A stretch of DNA of 63,744 nt, counting the filler, from Octopus bimaculoides (taxonomy: Eukaryota): assembly GCF_001194135.2 (NCBI RefSeq). It is 8 parts of 7 records of this genome, joined end to end, with 100 filler letters (N's around TTAATTAATTAA, not from the genome) between each part and the next. Parts side by side here need not be neighbours in the genome. Positions count along the whole stretch, not along the records: positions 6,732 to 20,168 come from NC_068990.1; positions 20,269 to 29,110 come from NC_068990.1; 6 more parts are not named here. The stretch is one strand, 5' to 3'. This document shows positions 12,545-23,237 of the stretch, piece after piece. The notes under the pieces were generated by a model. The model had not been told where the DNA came from. It saw nothing but the letters and a program-made list of their open reading frames with translations, and searched no databases. Each line of letters starts with the position of its first letter. Position 1 is the stretch's first letter. Made by a program: the position numbers and the translations under genes.

Positions 12545-12577
<33 letters not shown>

Positions 12578-12606
12578 CGGAGATTTCCTTTCCCATTTCT
12601 AGCAGA

Positions 12607-12646
12607 ACTGTCCGATAAACGGGAACGTGAAACTCCGAGTAACAGT
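12607..12646 (+). ncRNA. Minimal type-I hammerhead ribozyme, core mutated
   Basis: Stem I ACTGT/ACAGT; core CCGATAA (vs CTGATGA); stem II ACG-GGAA-CGT; GAAA; stem III ACTC-C-GAGT; GUA site. Confidence 0.7.
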
Positions 12647-13026
12647 CTTTTGTTATATTTCTGCTGCTTTTAAATAAAGTATATATATATAAAAGAAATT
12701 AAAGAAGGAAAATGCACACATACCTTACATGGTTATAATATAATTTTTAATATATCATTAAAATTACCAGCCCTTAGATTTTTTTACTTTTTGAATTATT
12801 CAGTTATAAATCCCACACACACCGTTTAAGAAAATACATATTTAAATAATTTTTAATGTCATGATTAGCGAAAGCGAAAGCGGTCGACAAACAAAATATA
12901 AGATATGTTAAAAATTATATTAAAACTATGTAAAATGTGTGCATTTCCCTTCTTTTATTTCTTATATATATTACAACTCACCACATGGGGATAATCGAAA
13001 TTCCTCCCTCTCTGTCACTATACACG

Positions 13027-13061
<35 letters not shown>

Positions 13062-13456
13062 NNNNNNNNNNNNNNNNNNNNNNNNNNNNNNNNNNNNNNN
13101 NNNNNNNNNNNNNNNNNNNNNNNNNNNNNNNNNNNNNNNNNNNNNNNNNNNNNNNNNNNNNNNNNNNNNNNNNNNNNNNNNNNNNNNNNNNNNNNNNNNN
13201 NNNNNNNNNNNNNNNNNNNNNNNNNNNNNNNNNNNNNNNNNNNNNNNNNNNNNNNNNNNNNNNNNNNNNNNNNNNNNNNNNNNNNNNNNNNNNNNNNNNN
13301 NNNNNNNNNNNNNNNNNNNNNNNNNNNNNNNNNNNNNNNNNNNNNNNNNNNNNNNNNNNNNNNNNNNNNNNNNNNNNNNNNNNNNNNNNNNNNNNNNNNN
13401 NNNNNNNNNNNNNNNNNNNNNNNNNNNNNNNNNNNNNNNNNNNNNNNNNNNNNNNN

Positions 13457-13503
<47 letters not shown>

Positions 13504-13535
13504 AGAAAAAAGAGGCAATCAGAATAAAAAATACT

Positions 13536-13580
13536 TGTTTATTAGCGCTTTCGTCCGTTCATCGGAACTCTTCAGATACA
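13536..13580 (-). ncRNA. Minimal type-I hammerhead ribozyme with intact core
   Basis: Minus strand TGTAT CTGAAGA GTTCCG-ATGAA-CGGAC GAA AGCGCT A ATAAACA; palindromic stem III, CUA site, AATAAA immediately downstream. Confidence 0.75.
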
Positions 13581-14042
13581 TTTTACAGGAAATTTCTTAG
13601 CCTTTTTTACAAATCGAAAAGAGGATGTTATTTTGTCGTGTTTAGAAATGGAGGAAGAGAAAAGAGGAAGGAAGGGAATAGAGAAGAAGAAGAAGACAGA
13701 GGAGTCAGAAAAGAGAAAGGAAATCAGAAGAAAGAACGAATTTAGGATGGTCTGTGACTAACAGGTGATTGATGTTAAATGACATTTCAAAATGTCAATT
13801 TTGTTTTTTGAAGAAAGGGAGAAAGAGAGGAAAACAGGAAGAAGGACAATAAGGAGAGAAAGAAAAGAGAAAAAGAAAGGGAAAGGAAGACAGAGAAAAG
13901 AGGCTTTTTTCAATTATATTGTATCGATGAGCTCAGCCTGTTGAAGTTTAATTACAATTCAAGATTTCATTCTTGATCCAGTTACTTTGTTTTTCAAGGC
14001 ATCTCTTTCTCTCTCCCTCTTCTTCTCTCATTATATGCATAA

Positions 14043-14430
14043 GCGCAGGTGTGGTTGTGTGGTAAATAGCTTGCCTACAAGCCACATGGTTCTGGATTCA
14101 GTCCCACTGCATGGAACTTTGGGCAAGTGTCTTCTACTATAGCCTCGGGCCGACCAAGCCTTGTGAGTGGATTTGGTAGACGGAAACTGAAAGAACCCCG
14201 TCGTGTGTGTGTGTGTGTGTATCTGTGTGTATCTGTGTTTGTTCCCCCACCATCTCGTGACAACCGATGTTTGTATATTTACGACTCCGTAACTTAGCGG
14301 TTCGACAAAAGAAAACGATAGAATATGTACTAGGCTTACAAAGAATAAGTTCTGGTGTCGATTTGTTCGACTAAAGTTGGTGCTCCAGTATGGCCACAGT
14401 CAAATGACTGAAACAAATAAAAGAATAAAA
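14043..14430 (+). mobile_element. Full-length SINE family A
   Basis: tRNA-like head, central TG repeat, tail ending CAAATGACTGAAACAAATAAAAGA. Confidence 0.92.
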
Positions 14431-15386
14431 GAGAAAAAGGAATTGTTTTATGTTGTCCAGTGGCGCTCAACCGGGGTTCATATGATCCTTGAAGGTCCAT
14501 ATAAGATTTTTGTCGTTAAAATCTATTTGAAAGAAATTGTTAATGCTTCTGTATTACACCAAATATTTTAACATTTTTTCACATGTTACTACAATGTCCC
14601 AACACTATCACGTCAGAGTTGTCTCTCGACTTAGAGGAATTTCATCTCATACACTACCATTTTGAATATTCCAACGAAGGAAAAATAACGAAGTGCAATT
14701 ATCACAGATAAAACGCCATTGATTATATGTTCTGCTGGAGTCAACACACCAATAACAACCACAACCAGACACAATCATGCTTGCCTTCTTAGATTTAAGA
14801 AAGATGTATATATGTGTTTTAAATGGCCATCGTAGTTCTACTATGAAAGTGTTTTAGCGTCAAAACGTGATTTCAGAAAGAGTGATTTGTCAAAACAAAC
14901 GGAGTTTTGAAAATTATATCCGTTGTTTATCAAAACAAGTTTTAATCCGCTAAATCTATTAAGTAATCATTAGTGAAAACTAAATAAATAATATTCACTG
15001 TGAGCATTTATCAAGGCTACTAAAAGTTCTCAGAATTAACATTTCAGACATTATCTCTCCTGTCATAGACCTCTTCAAAATATATTACAGCCGCCTATAA
15101 AATGCTACATGATATATTACATGATCACAAACATCGCAAGACGTTTTATCTCTGATCTTAGCGCTTGACAAGACGGAAACTACGCATTTACTCATAGGAG
15201 TTACACATGCACATGTTGCTTCACCCACAGCCACACAAATACACACGCAGAGACGCACATTTGTAGTTGCACATACACAAAAGCACACTGACATATACAC
15301 ACACACATAGATACACATATGTGCAGATACGCACAAACGAAAATACTCAGCACATAATCACACAAAGAGACAAGCAGATACACATG

Positions 15387-15660
15387 TACGTGGTCTGATC
15401 AATAAGAATCCGGACTGTTACTATAGTAATGAAGGTAAACCACGCAGAGTGAAGTCACTTGGCACAAGTTGACCTTGAACTCTGTTGCGCATGCGTACTA
15501 AGTTTGAACGTTGTAGCTCACTTCCACCGTTTACAGCAATGCTTGGAAAGAAGGTGTGTAGCGTGTGATCGTCGCATTTACCGTGACAGAGAAAGTAGGG
15601 CAGAGAATCTGCATCAAATTTTGCCAAAAGCTTGATGACACCTGCTCGATGGCCTGAGCA
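15387..15660 (+). mobile_element. 5' fragment of a second mariner family
   Basis: Starts TACGTGGTCTGATCAATAAG (TA plus putative TIR); encodes VTEKVGQRICIKFCQKLDDTCS, typical of a mariner N-terminal HTH start. Confidence 0.75.
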
Positions 15661-16909
15661 AGTGCGAACTCGACAGAATTTAAACTCAGAATGTTAAACC
15701 GGAAGAAAAGCTGCGAAGTATTTTGTCTGGCGTGATCACGTCTCTTCCAGCCCACTACCTTTATCATATCCAATAATAATTGTAATAAAATGCATTGGTT
15801 GATGGAAGAAGCAGTGAATATGTGTCTGGGAAAGCTACAAATAATGGAATATTTTCCTAGTTTGTAAAATAGGCGTTGGAAGTGATTATCTCAATGACCA
15901 ATAAATAAATAAATGAATAAAGAATATGCGCTCAGAACGTCATTTTGGTGCTACAGGTATTCGTGTCGTTCATATTTGATTAATATAGCAATTGAATGCG
16001 AGGTAACTGTTCTTTTGGTTTTTTGTCTTTCTCTTTTTCTGTGTCGTCAAGAAAAGCAACAGTTTTTAGAGTAGAATAAATTTTAAACCTGGCAGCATGA
16101 TATTGATTTCGCGACTTAAGCCATTTATACTAATTCAAGTCCTCCAATAATACATCTTATATACCATGTATCTATCTTTAATTGCCAATATCTATTATAA
16201 TGATAATCCATTGTGTTTAATGTGTCAGTATTGTAGAATTTTCAAACTTCAATAATAATCAAATATGTCTGCCGATATTGCGTTATAAGAAAATTCTGCC
16301 ACTGTTTCATATTTTCTTTACCTTGCGTAGGTTCCAATAGCTTTGTATTGTGATGAATAAATTCTTATATGACATAACATTTATTATAGCTTCGGGGAAG
16401 ATGACTATGATTGATAAGTGTTCTGAAATTTTTCTCTTTCGTAAAGTATAATGAATACCTTCGGAATAAGCGTTTGTGCTTCTGTGTATGTGTATGTATC
16501 GGCTTCTGTGTGTGTTCGTATATGTGTATCTTATCTGAGTGTGCGTGTACGAATATCTTAGTATGTGTTTGTGAGAGAACGCATATGTGAGATAACTGTA
16601 CACTCTACTGCATGGTGGGTCTTACCATTAAAACTTTGTTTTCATGAAATACAAGGTAAAGTCACATTGGCAAACTGTATCCTATTCAGAAAGGTAGACG
16701 TTAGTAAACTTTGAAATAATAACTGCAAGTTAATGGAACCGTTTTATCTTTAACACTGTTTTATTTTCAAATTGTATTAAAGAAATAACATAGATGCACT
16801 TATTACTAATAATTTTGGAGATAGATTAATCAATTAAAACGCAGAGTATACTATATTGGCTCGGTGAGGCATTAGGCATAAAATATAATTTATTTTATCA
16901 TTAATATTT

Positions 16910-17293
16910 TTCTTGTTTACGTGTTTCAGTCATTACACTACGGTCATACTGGGGCACTTCTTTGAAGAGTTTTTAGTAGAATGAATCCACTCCAGTACTT
17001 TTAAGCCTGGTACTTATTCTATCGATGTTTTTTCTGAACCGTTAAGTCAGGGAGACATAAACAAGACAACACCAGTTGTCAAGCAGTGGTGGGGGACAAA
17101 ACATGCGCTCGCGCACACACATACCTATACGTAACGAGTTTCTTTCAGTTTTTGTCTACTAAACCTACTCACAATGCTTTGGTTGGCCCGTAGCTATAGC
17201 AAAAGATTCTTGCCTAAAGTACCACGTAGTGACTGCACCCGGAACCAATTGGGTGGGGAACTCGCTTCTTACACCACTGTCACGCCTGCGCCT
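16910..17293 (-). mobile_element. Older full-length SINE family A
   Basis: Reverse complement aligns along 14043-14430. Confidence 0.85.
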
Positions 17294-17687
17294 ATATACC
17301 GCTATACACATCGTTTAGAGACAGAGGGAGGGAGAGAGAGAAAAAACAAAAGAGAGATACAGAAGGAGTTTATATAAGCGGTAGAGGATGAATGTACATG
17401 CTAAGGTTGGTGAGGAACAGAGGATGAGAATGAGGATTAGAGAGAATGAATGACAAATTGTTTATGAGAGGTGTTATACAATTGAGAATTATGGCAAATA
17501 CTCTCTGTAGACAAAATACAACGATTAATAACATTTGTGGGAACGTGATTAAGAATGAATATTCAACCTATAGAGTACCTTTAGAAGCGCGACTAGCTTC
17601 ACAGTTTCTCCGTAGATTGAAAAAGATGATCTTAATCGATTTCCCAATCTTATTAAACTATCATCAGAGGCATCAACATCAAGTTGA

Positions 17688-18440
17688 CGTCCTCTCAAAA
17701 GAAATGGAACGCCATCCAGTGTCGCATGGTCACCGACGAGTTAGAGCGCCGTCTAGCATGTTTCCGCTCAGCCTCAGAGCCTAACAAGCGGGCTTGGTTC
17801 AATGCGGTGCCATCAGTCGCAACTGGCACTGAACTCGATGGCGACTGCATGCGTATCGGCGTTTCCCTGATGCTTGGTCACAAGACCTGTGAGCCTTGTG
17901 AATGCCGTTTCAGATCTTTGTGGATTCTTTCGGTCTCCATCCACTGTCATGCCGTCGTAATGCTGGCCACCCGTCTCACCATGCCGCTGTTAACGAGATC
18001 ATAAAGCATGGCCTAGAGCTCCCCAACTCGAGCCAGCGGGGATAGACTGTGTGAGCGGTAGAAGGCTGGACGGTATGACAACTTCCCGTTCCGTGGTGGT
18101 AAGCTTCTCAGCCGGGTTGCCACATACTGTGACACCTTCTCCAGCAGTAACTTGGTGTTGTTAGCTACCAGACCAGGCTCCGCTGCTCCTCAGGCTGAGT
18201 AAAAAAAAAAGGTGTTAACGTATCGGTCTCTCTCGGACTGGTTTATAGTCGAGCCTGCGACAGTTGAGAACTCCGGCGTCCTTGGTCCCCGGACCATATT
18301 TCTGCTCACCACTATCGGGGACGAGGCTGCTGTTCGCAAGTCCAGGCCCTGCCAGTCAGAGAGGCTGTTTCAGCGCAACTCCCTCGCCATCCTCCGCGGT
18401 AACACCTTTTCCATTTTGTCTGCTGGTGCTGCCATGGGAA
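17688..18440 (+). mobile_element. CRE-clade non-LTR retrotransposon, 3' fragment with CCHC finger and restriction-like endonuclease
   Basis: AWFNAVPS..GTELDGDCMRIGVSLMLG..CEPCEC, GLHPLSCRRNAG..HHAAVNEII, RRLDGMT, VEPATVENSGVLG, LFQRNSLAILRGN; GC-rich relative to flanks. Confidence 0.85.
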
Positions 18441-19056
18441 ATTTTTCTATATTGTGAGAGGCAAAATTCTCCTTATTTGAGTAACCCAACGATAAACTGG
18501 CGGAACAATCTCCTAAACTGCGGCTATGCATTTCCTTATCACGTACGTCTTTGTTTTGTTTTATTAAAATTTATTGTAACGTAACAGATATTCTTTTGAA
18601 AATTAGTATTCATCACGCATCAATAAAAATGACTTCATAATTATTGTTCATATTTCCTTATATAACCCATGCAAGCAAAAGTATACTTCCAAAGTTACCT
18701 GTCATGGGTAATACTGTAGTTAATTGATGATATACAATTATAATATCGATTTGACTTAGACATGACTCCGTATCCTTACAGGCATCAGTCAAACAGGCGT
18801 TTGACACCTGAATAATTTTCTGTTTCTATAACTTATAGTTATTATTAACAAATAGAATATTAAATGAAAGTAAATTAATAATATATAGACAAGGAAACAA
18901 ATAATATATTTCAGTGTATCAACATTCGAATACTTAATAATAATTTATCACGTTGGCTTAAAGCCACATATTTGCAGATGAAAATATTTGCCAAATAATT
19001 ACAATATTGTAGTACATAATGGTTTCAAAATTTGGCACATGAGCATTGGTCTTAGG

Positions 19057-19218
19057 CGAATGTACTAACCTCGGGTTTTGACTGTTATCTTATTTTATCG
19101 ATCCCGTGAGCATGAAAGGTAAAGTTGTACTCGGCAGTATTTGAACTCAGAAGTTAGAATTGGAAAATCGTGTTAAAGCATTTTGTCCAACCCGATAACG
19201 ATTCTACCAGCCGTCTTA
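19057..19218 (-). mobile_element. tRNA-derived SINE family B
   Basis: Reverse complement carries CTGAGTTCAAAT..GACTTT.CCTTTCAT..GATCGATAAAATAAG like 24224 and 55994. Confidence 0.7.
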
Positions 19219-19227
19219 TAGTAGTCT

Positions 19228-19420
19228 CAAATGATGTGGCACTCCCGGCGACGTTGGAGAGAGTAGAGATTGAGTTTGTTTAGTCGACCTCATTAATCAA
19301 TGCCTCTCATGCTATCTATCTTTCTTGTTATTGACCTCTGGAGTGCTTCTACTTTAATAATGTGTTGCTTCGTATGGGGGGACCACAGTGGGCAACAGTA
19401 TTCAAGGTGGGATCGAGCAA
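19228..19420 (-). mobile_element. CR1/L2-type LINE, RT C-terminal fragment
   Basis: RSHLEYCCPLWSP, then after a frameshift KVEALQRSITRKI..RLNKLNLYSLQRRRE. Confidence 0.85.
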
Positions 19421-20445
19421 AAGTACATATATATGCATACACAATACATACTTATGTATGTCTGTACTGATAGATAGTTTTAGAACTATATTTCGTTTAA
19501 AAAAGGAGGCAATGATTTTCCTAGTCTACTAATAATAAATATTACCACTTTCACTTTTTTTCTGCTGTCGGATAAAAAATAGATTTTCAACGATTTTGTA
19601 ATGGCATCCGTTCATTCAATAAATAAATCTTGTCTAGACTTAATAATATTCTGTCGATTATCATTCTGTTGGCGCTTTGTATTGGCGTTAATGTCTGAGC
19701 TTTGAGCTCATTCAATAATCATCATCTTTCTGTATTTCATTTAGTCACAATGGTCACAGTCTTTTTGTCGGCTACCAATATTTACCTGAACTAAGTACTA
19801 ATCCGATCTGCATGTATATCGTCGTACCTGGTTTATCAAAAATATTTTTGTCACAAAAAGTTGATAATAAGCGACAGCATGTTTGTGTAGTTAAGAAACT
19901 TGCTTTACAATCAAGTGCTTACGTGTTTAGATCCACTGCTTGGCATCCTATGTAAGTGTATTCTGCTGACCAATCCCTTGCACATGAATCATGTAGGAAA
20001 CTACCCATTCTATATATATATATATATATATATAATCAAAATAAGCAACACGGATTTCAAAGATGGTTGCAGTACGCACGTTTCATGCTACTCCATTTAT
20101 TTAAGTAATGCGAGCATTACTTAAATAAATAGATTACTTAAATAAATGGAGTAGCATGAAACGTGCGTNNNNNNNNNNNNNNNNNNNNNNNNNNNNNNNN
20201 NNNNNNNNNNNNTTAATTAATTAANNNNNNNNNNNNNNNNNNNNNNNNNNNNNNNNNNNNNNNNNNNNGCTTTATTGTTAAACATTTTTATGCATTTGTG
20301 TGTGGATGAGTTAGTGGAGGATTAAGGGGAAAGACCCTACTGTCTTTGAAAAGAAACGGAAGGAAGGACATCTTCAGTGATGTAATCCTAGGTAAACTGT
20401 GTCACAGAAAAAAAAAAGACAGGGTCACAATTGCCAGAATGTATT

Positions 20446-20918
20446 TGACACTGAACAAACCGGTTGTTTTCACACCTTTACACCATAAGAGATTTATTCA
20501 CCATGGTAACTGCAGTGTATTTGCCGTTTAACAGTTGAGATAAGTGACAACCATATTTCATCTTACTTAATTCTGCTCCTGCTTACACACTACTTAGCAC
20601 TGACACTTCGTTGTTTACCTCGATTGAGCGATCTACTTGCGCAAGTCAGTCAATGTGTTGACTGAATTATATATGAAGCTACAGCTTTATTAAGTTCATT
20701 TAGAGTTGTCTCTCTTAGGTACATCTCATTGATAAGAGCCAATAAACTCAAAACATCAATATCTGGGATTCCTAATAGATGGTGACACTGAACGACAGGG
20801 TGTTTTCACACCTTTTTACAATAAGAGAGGTTTATTCTCCTTGGTAACTGCAGTGTATTTGTCTCTAAGTAGTTGAAATATGTGACAAACATATATCAGC
20901 TTACGTAATTCTGCTTCT
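20446..20918. repeat. Pair of ~135-bp direct repeats; third copy at 53758-53866
   Basis: 20446-20580 and 20783-20918 share TGACACTGAAC..TTTCACACCTTT..GGTAACTGCAGTGTATTTG..GTGACAA..AATTCTGCT. Confidence 0.8.
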
Positions 20919-20940
20919 ATATGTATATATAGATATCAGT

Positions 20941-21083
20941 CATCATCATCGTCGTTTAACGTCCGCTTTCCATGCTAGCATGGGTTGGACGATTTGACTG
21001 AGGACTGGTGGACCAGGAGGCGACACCAGGCTCCAATCTGATTTGGCAGAGTTTCTACAGCTGGATGCCCTTCCTAACGCCAA
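20941..21083 (-). mobile_element. Young 3' tail of RTE-related LINE/SINE (family C)
   Basis: Reverse complement ends CCAACCCATGCTAGCATGGAAAGCGGACGTTAAACGACGATGATGATG; CpGs retained; older copies at 26413 and 28862. Confidence 0.8.
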
Positions 21084-21107
21084 TATATGATATTTCTAAT
21101 TTTTCAG

Positions 21108-21261
21108 GTCCAGTTTCTTCCAAGGTGATTTTGATGATTTTCAAGCTCATATTGAGTTCAAGAAACTTATTGACTTTGTTGATGAACTTTGCCTCCTAGG
21201 ATTACTCTGTGAGGATGACCACTTGGTAATGGTACATTTCAGCCTATGGTTCCAAGAACAA
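21108..21261 (+). CDS. CENPI: Internal exon of centromere protein I-like gene
   Basis: TTTTTCAG acceptor, GTAAGC donor, 154 nt (1 + 51 codons): SSFFQGDFDDFQAHIEFKKLIDFVDELCLLGLLCEDDHLVMVHFSLWFQEQ. Resembles, from memory, human CENP-I KLIHYVGWLSTTAMRLESNNTFLLHFILDFYEK. Needs BLASTP confirmation. Confidence 0.75.
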
Positions 21262-22299
21262 GTAAGCTTACTGTCTTTGTTTATTAAACATATTTACTAA
21301 AGATATTGCTTGAAATCTAAAAACATAGTTTGTTNNNNNNNNNNNNNNNNNNNNNNNNNNNNNNNNNNNNNNNNNNNNNNNNNNNNNNNNNNNNNNNNNN
21401 NNNNNNNNNNNNNNNNNNNNNNNNNNNNNNNNNNNNNNNNNNNNNNNNNNNNNNNNNNNNNNNNNNNNNNNNNNNNNNNNNNNNNNNNNNNNNNNNNNNN
21501 NNNNNNNNNNNNNNNNNNNNNNNNNNNNNNNNNNNNNNNNNNNNNNNNNNNNNNNNNNNNNNNNNNNNNNNNNNNNNNNNNNNNNNNNNNNNNNNNNNNN
21601 NNNNNNNNNNNNNNNNNNNNNNNNNNNNNNNNNNNNNNNNNNNNNNNNNNNNNNNNNNNNNNNNNNNNNNNNNNNNNNNNNNNNNNNNNNNNNNNNNNNN
21701 NNNNNNNNNNNNNNNNNNNNNNNNNNNNNNNNNNNNNNNNNNNNNNNNNNNNNNNNNNNNNNNNNNNNNNNNNNNNNNNNNNNNNNNNNNNNNNNNNNNN
21801 NNNNNNNNNNNNNNNNNNNNNNNNNNNNNNNNNNNNNNNNNNNNNNNNNNNNNNNNNNNNNNNNNNNNNNNNNNNNNNNNNNNNNNNNNNNNNNNNNNNN
21901 NNNNNNNNNNNNNNNNNNNNNNNNNNNNNNNNNNNNNNNNNNNNNNNNNNNNNNNNNNNNNNNNNNNNNNNNNNNNNNNNNNNNNNNNNNNNNNNNNNNN
22001 NNNNNNNNNNNNNNNNNNNNNNNNNNNNNNNNNNNNNNNNNNNNNNNNNNNNNNNNNNNNNNNNNNNNNNNNNNNNNNNNNNNNNNNNNNNNNNNNNNNN
22101 NNNNNNNNNNNNNNNNNNNNNNNNNNNNNNNNNNNNNNNNNNNNNNNNNNNNNNNNNNNNNNNNNNNNNNNNNNNNNNNNNNNNNNNNNNNNNNNNNNNN
22201 NNNNNNNNNNNNNNNNNNNNNNNNNNNNNNNNNNNNNNNNNNNNNNNNNNNNNNNNNNNNNNNNNNNNNNNNNNNNNNNNNNNNNNNNNNNNNNNNNNN

Positions 22300-22534
22300 G
22301 GTCACTGCTTGGAATCGAACTCGGAATCTTGGGGTTAGTAGCCCGCACTCTTAACCACTACGAGCATATGGCATAGTGGTTAAGAGCGCTGGCTACTAAC
22401 CCCAAGATTCCGAGTTTGATTCCAAGCAGTGACCTGAACAATAATAATAATAATAATATCGAAAAATACCTTAGGAATGAGAACCCAGGATCGAAATTTC
22501 CCCAAGACACCTGAAGAAGGCTGGAAGGTATATC
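22300..22534. mobile_element. Head-to-head inverted tRNA-like SINE heads followed by (AAT)n and a truncated hammerhead-like tail
   Basis: 63-bp arms 22300-22362 and 22372-22434 (59/63 match); A box TGGCATAGTGG, B box GAGTT(C/T)GATTCC; ACAC-CTGAAGA-AGGCTG at 22507-22523. Confidence 0.8.
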
Positions 22535-22540
22535 TACAAT

Positions 22541-22838
22541 GAGTGTTGCAGTTGATTCAATCAATGGAACAACCTGCTTGTGAAATTAACATGCAAGCGG
22601 CTGAGTATTCCATAGACACACATACCCTTAGAATAGTTCTCAGATAGATTCAGCATGACACGGAATGTGAGAAGGCTAGCCCTTTGAAATACAGATAGAA
22701 CTCACTTTTGACAGCGAACTGGACAGGAGCAATGTGAAATAAAGTGTCTTTCTCAAGGATACAATGTATTCATGACCTTCTGATTGAACTCAGGACCTTA
22801 TGATCGTAAGCCCAATGCCTTAATCACCAACCCACGCA
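22541..22838 (-). mobile_element. tRNA-derived SINE (CORE-like family)
   Basis: Reverse complement has GGTGATTAAGG..GAGTTCAATC head, CCTTGAGAAAGACACTTTATTTCACATTGCTCC centre and the tail shared with 31700 and 41141. Confidence 0.8.
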
Positions 22839-23009
22839 ACATATATTAACCATTCAAAAACACACCAAGATTGTTAACTTCACTTAAACATTTATTATTT
22901 GGTGTCAAAATTTTCGTCACACCAACTGCAACCTATTCACATGCATGATTCCACTGCAACATATCAATGGAGAATGCAGTGGAAGATTTTGGCACCAAGC
23001 AATAAATAT

Positions 23010-23237
23010 TTAACCATTTTCTTACTGTATTTATTTTGAGATGCTCTGTGTTTCTCTCAATTATTTTAGAAATAACAAAGAATTTAGTAAAATAACTTAG
23101 TTATTGTTAAGCTAGTGTAGGAACGTTAATTGTGACTAAGGTTTGTTGGAAGATTTTAATTCAAAACTTATGAAAGCAAGATATTTGTACTACAGAGCCA
23201 GAGCCGGTTTCAGCCAGGTTGGTAAAGAAAGGGTTCA
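23010..23237. mobile_element. piggyBac-like MITE (decayed)
   Basis: TTAA-CCATTTTCTTAC left end and GTAAAGAAAGGG-TTCA right end form imperfect TIRs flanked by TTAA/TTCA. Confidence 0.5.

Noticed and set aside
16316-16424. Candidate minus-strand exon EHLSIIVIFPEAIINVMSYKNLFITIQSYWNLRK
   Set aside because: Acceptor lacks a pyrimidine tract, no partner exon, no recognisable homology.
17625-17675. Minus-strand CTGATGA...GAAATCGATT, and a similar motif at 2355-2400
   Set aside because: Stem I and/or stem II cannot form convincingly.
22372-22434. Genuine tRNA gene (anticodon loop CTACTAA)
   Set aside because: T-stem and acceptor stem do not pair and there is no poly-T terminator; treated as a tRNA-derived head.
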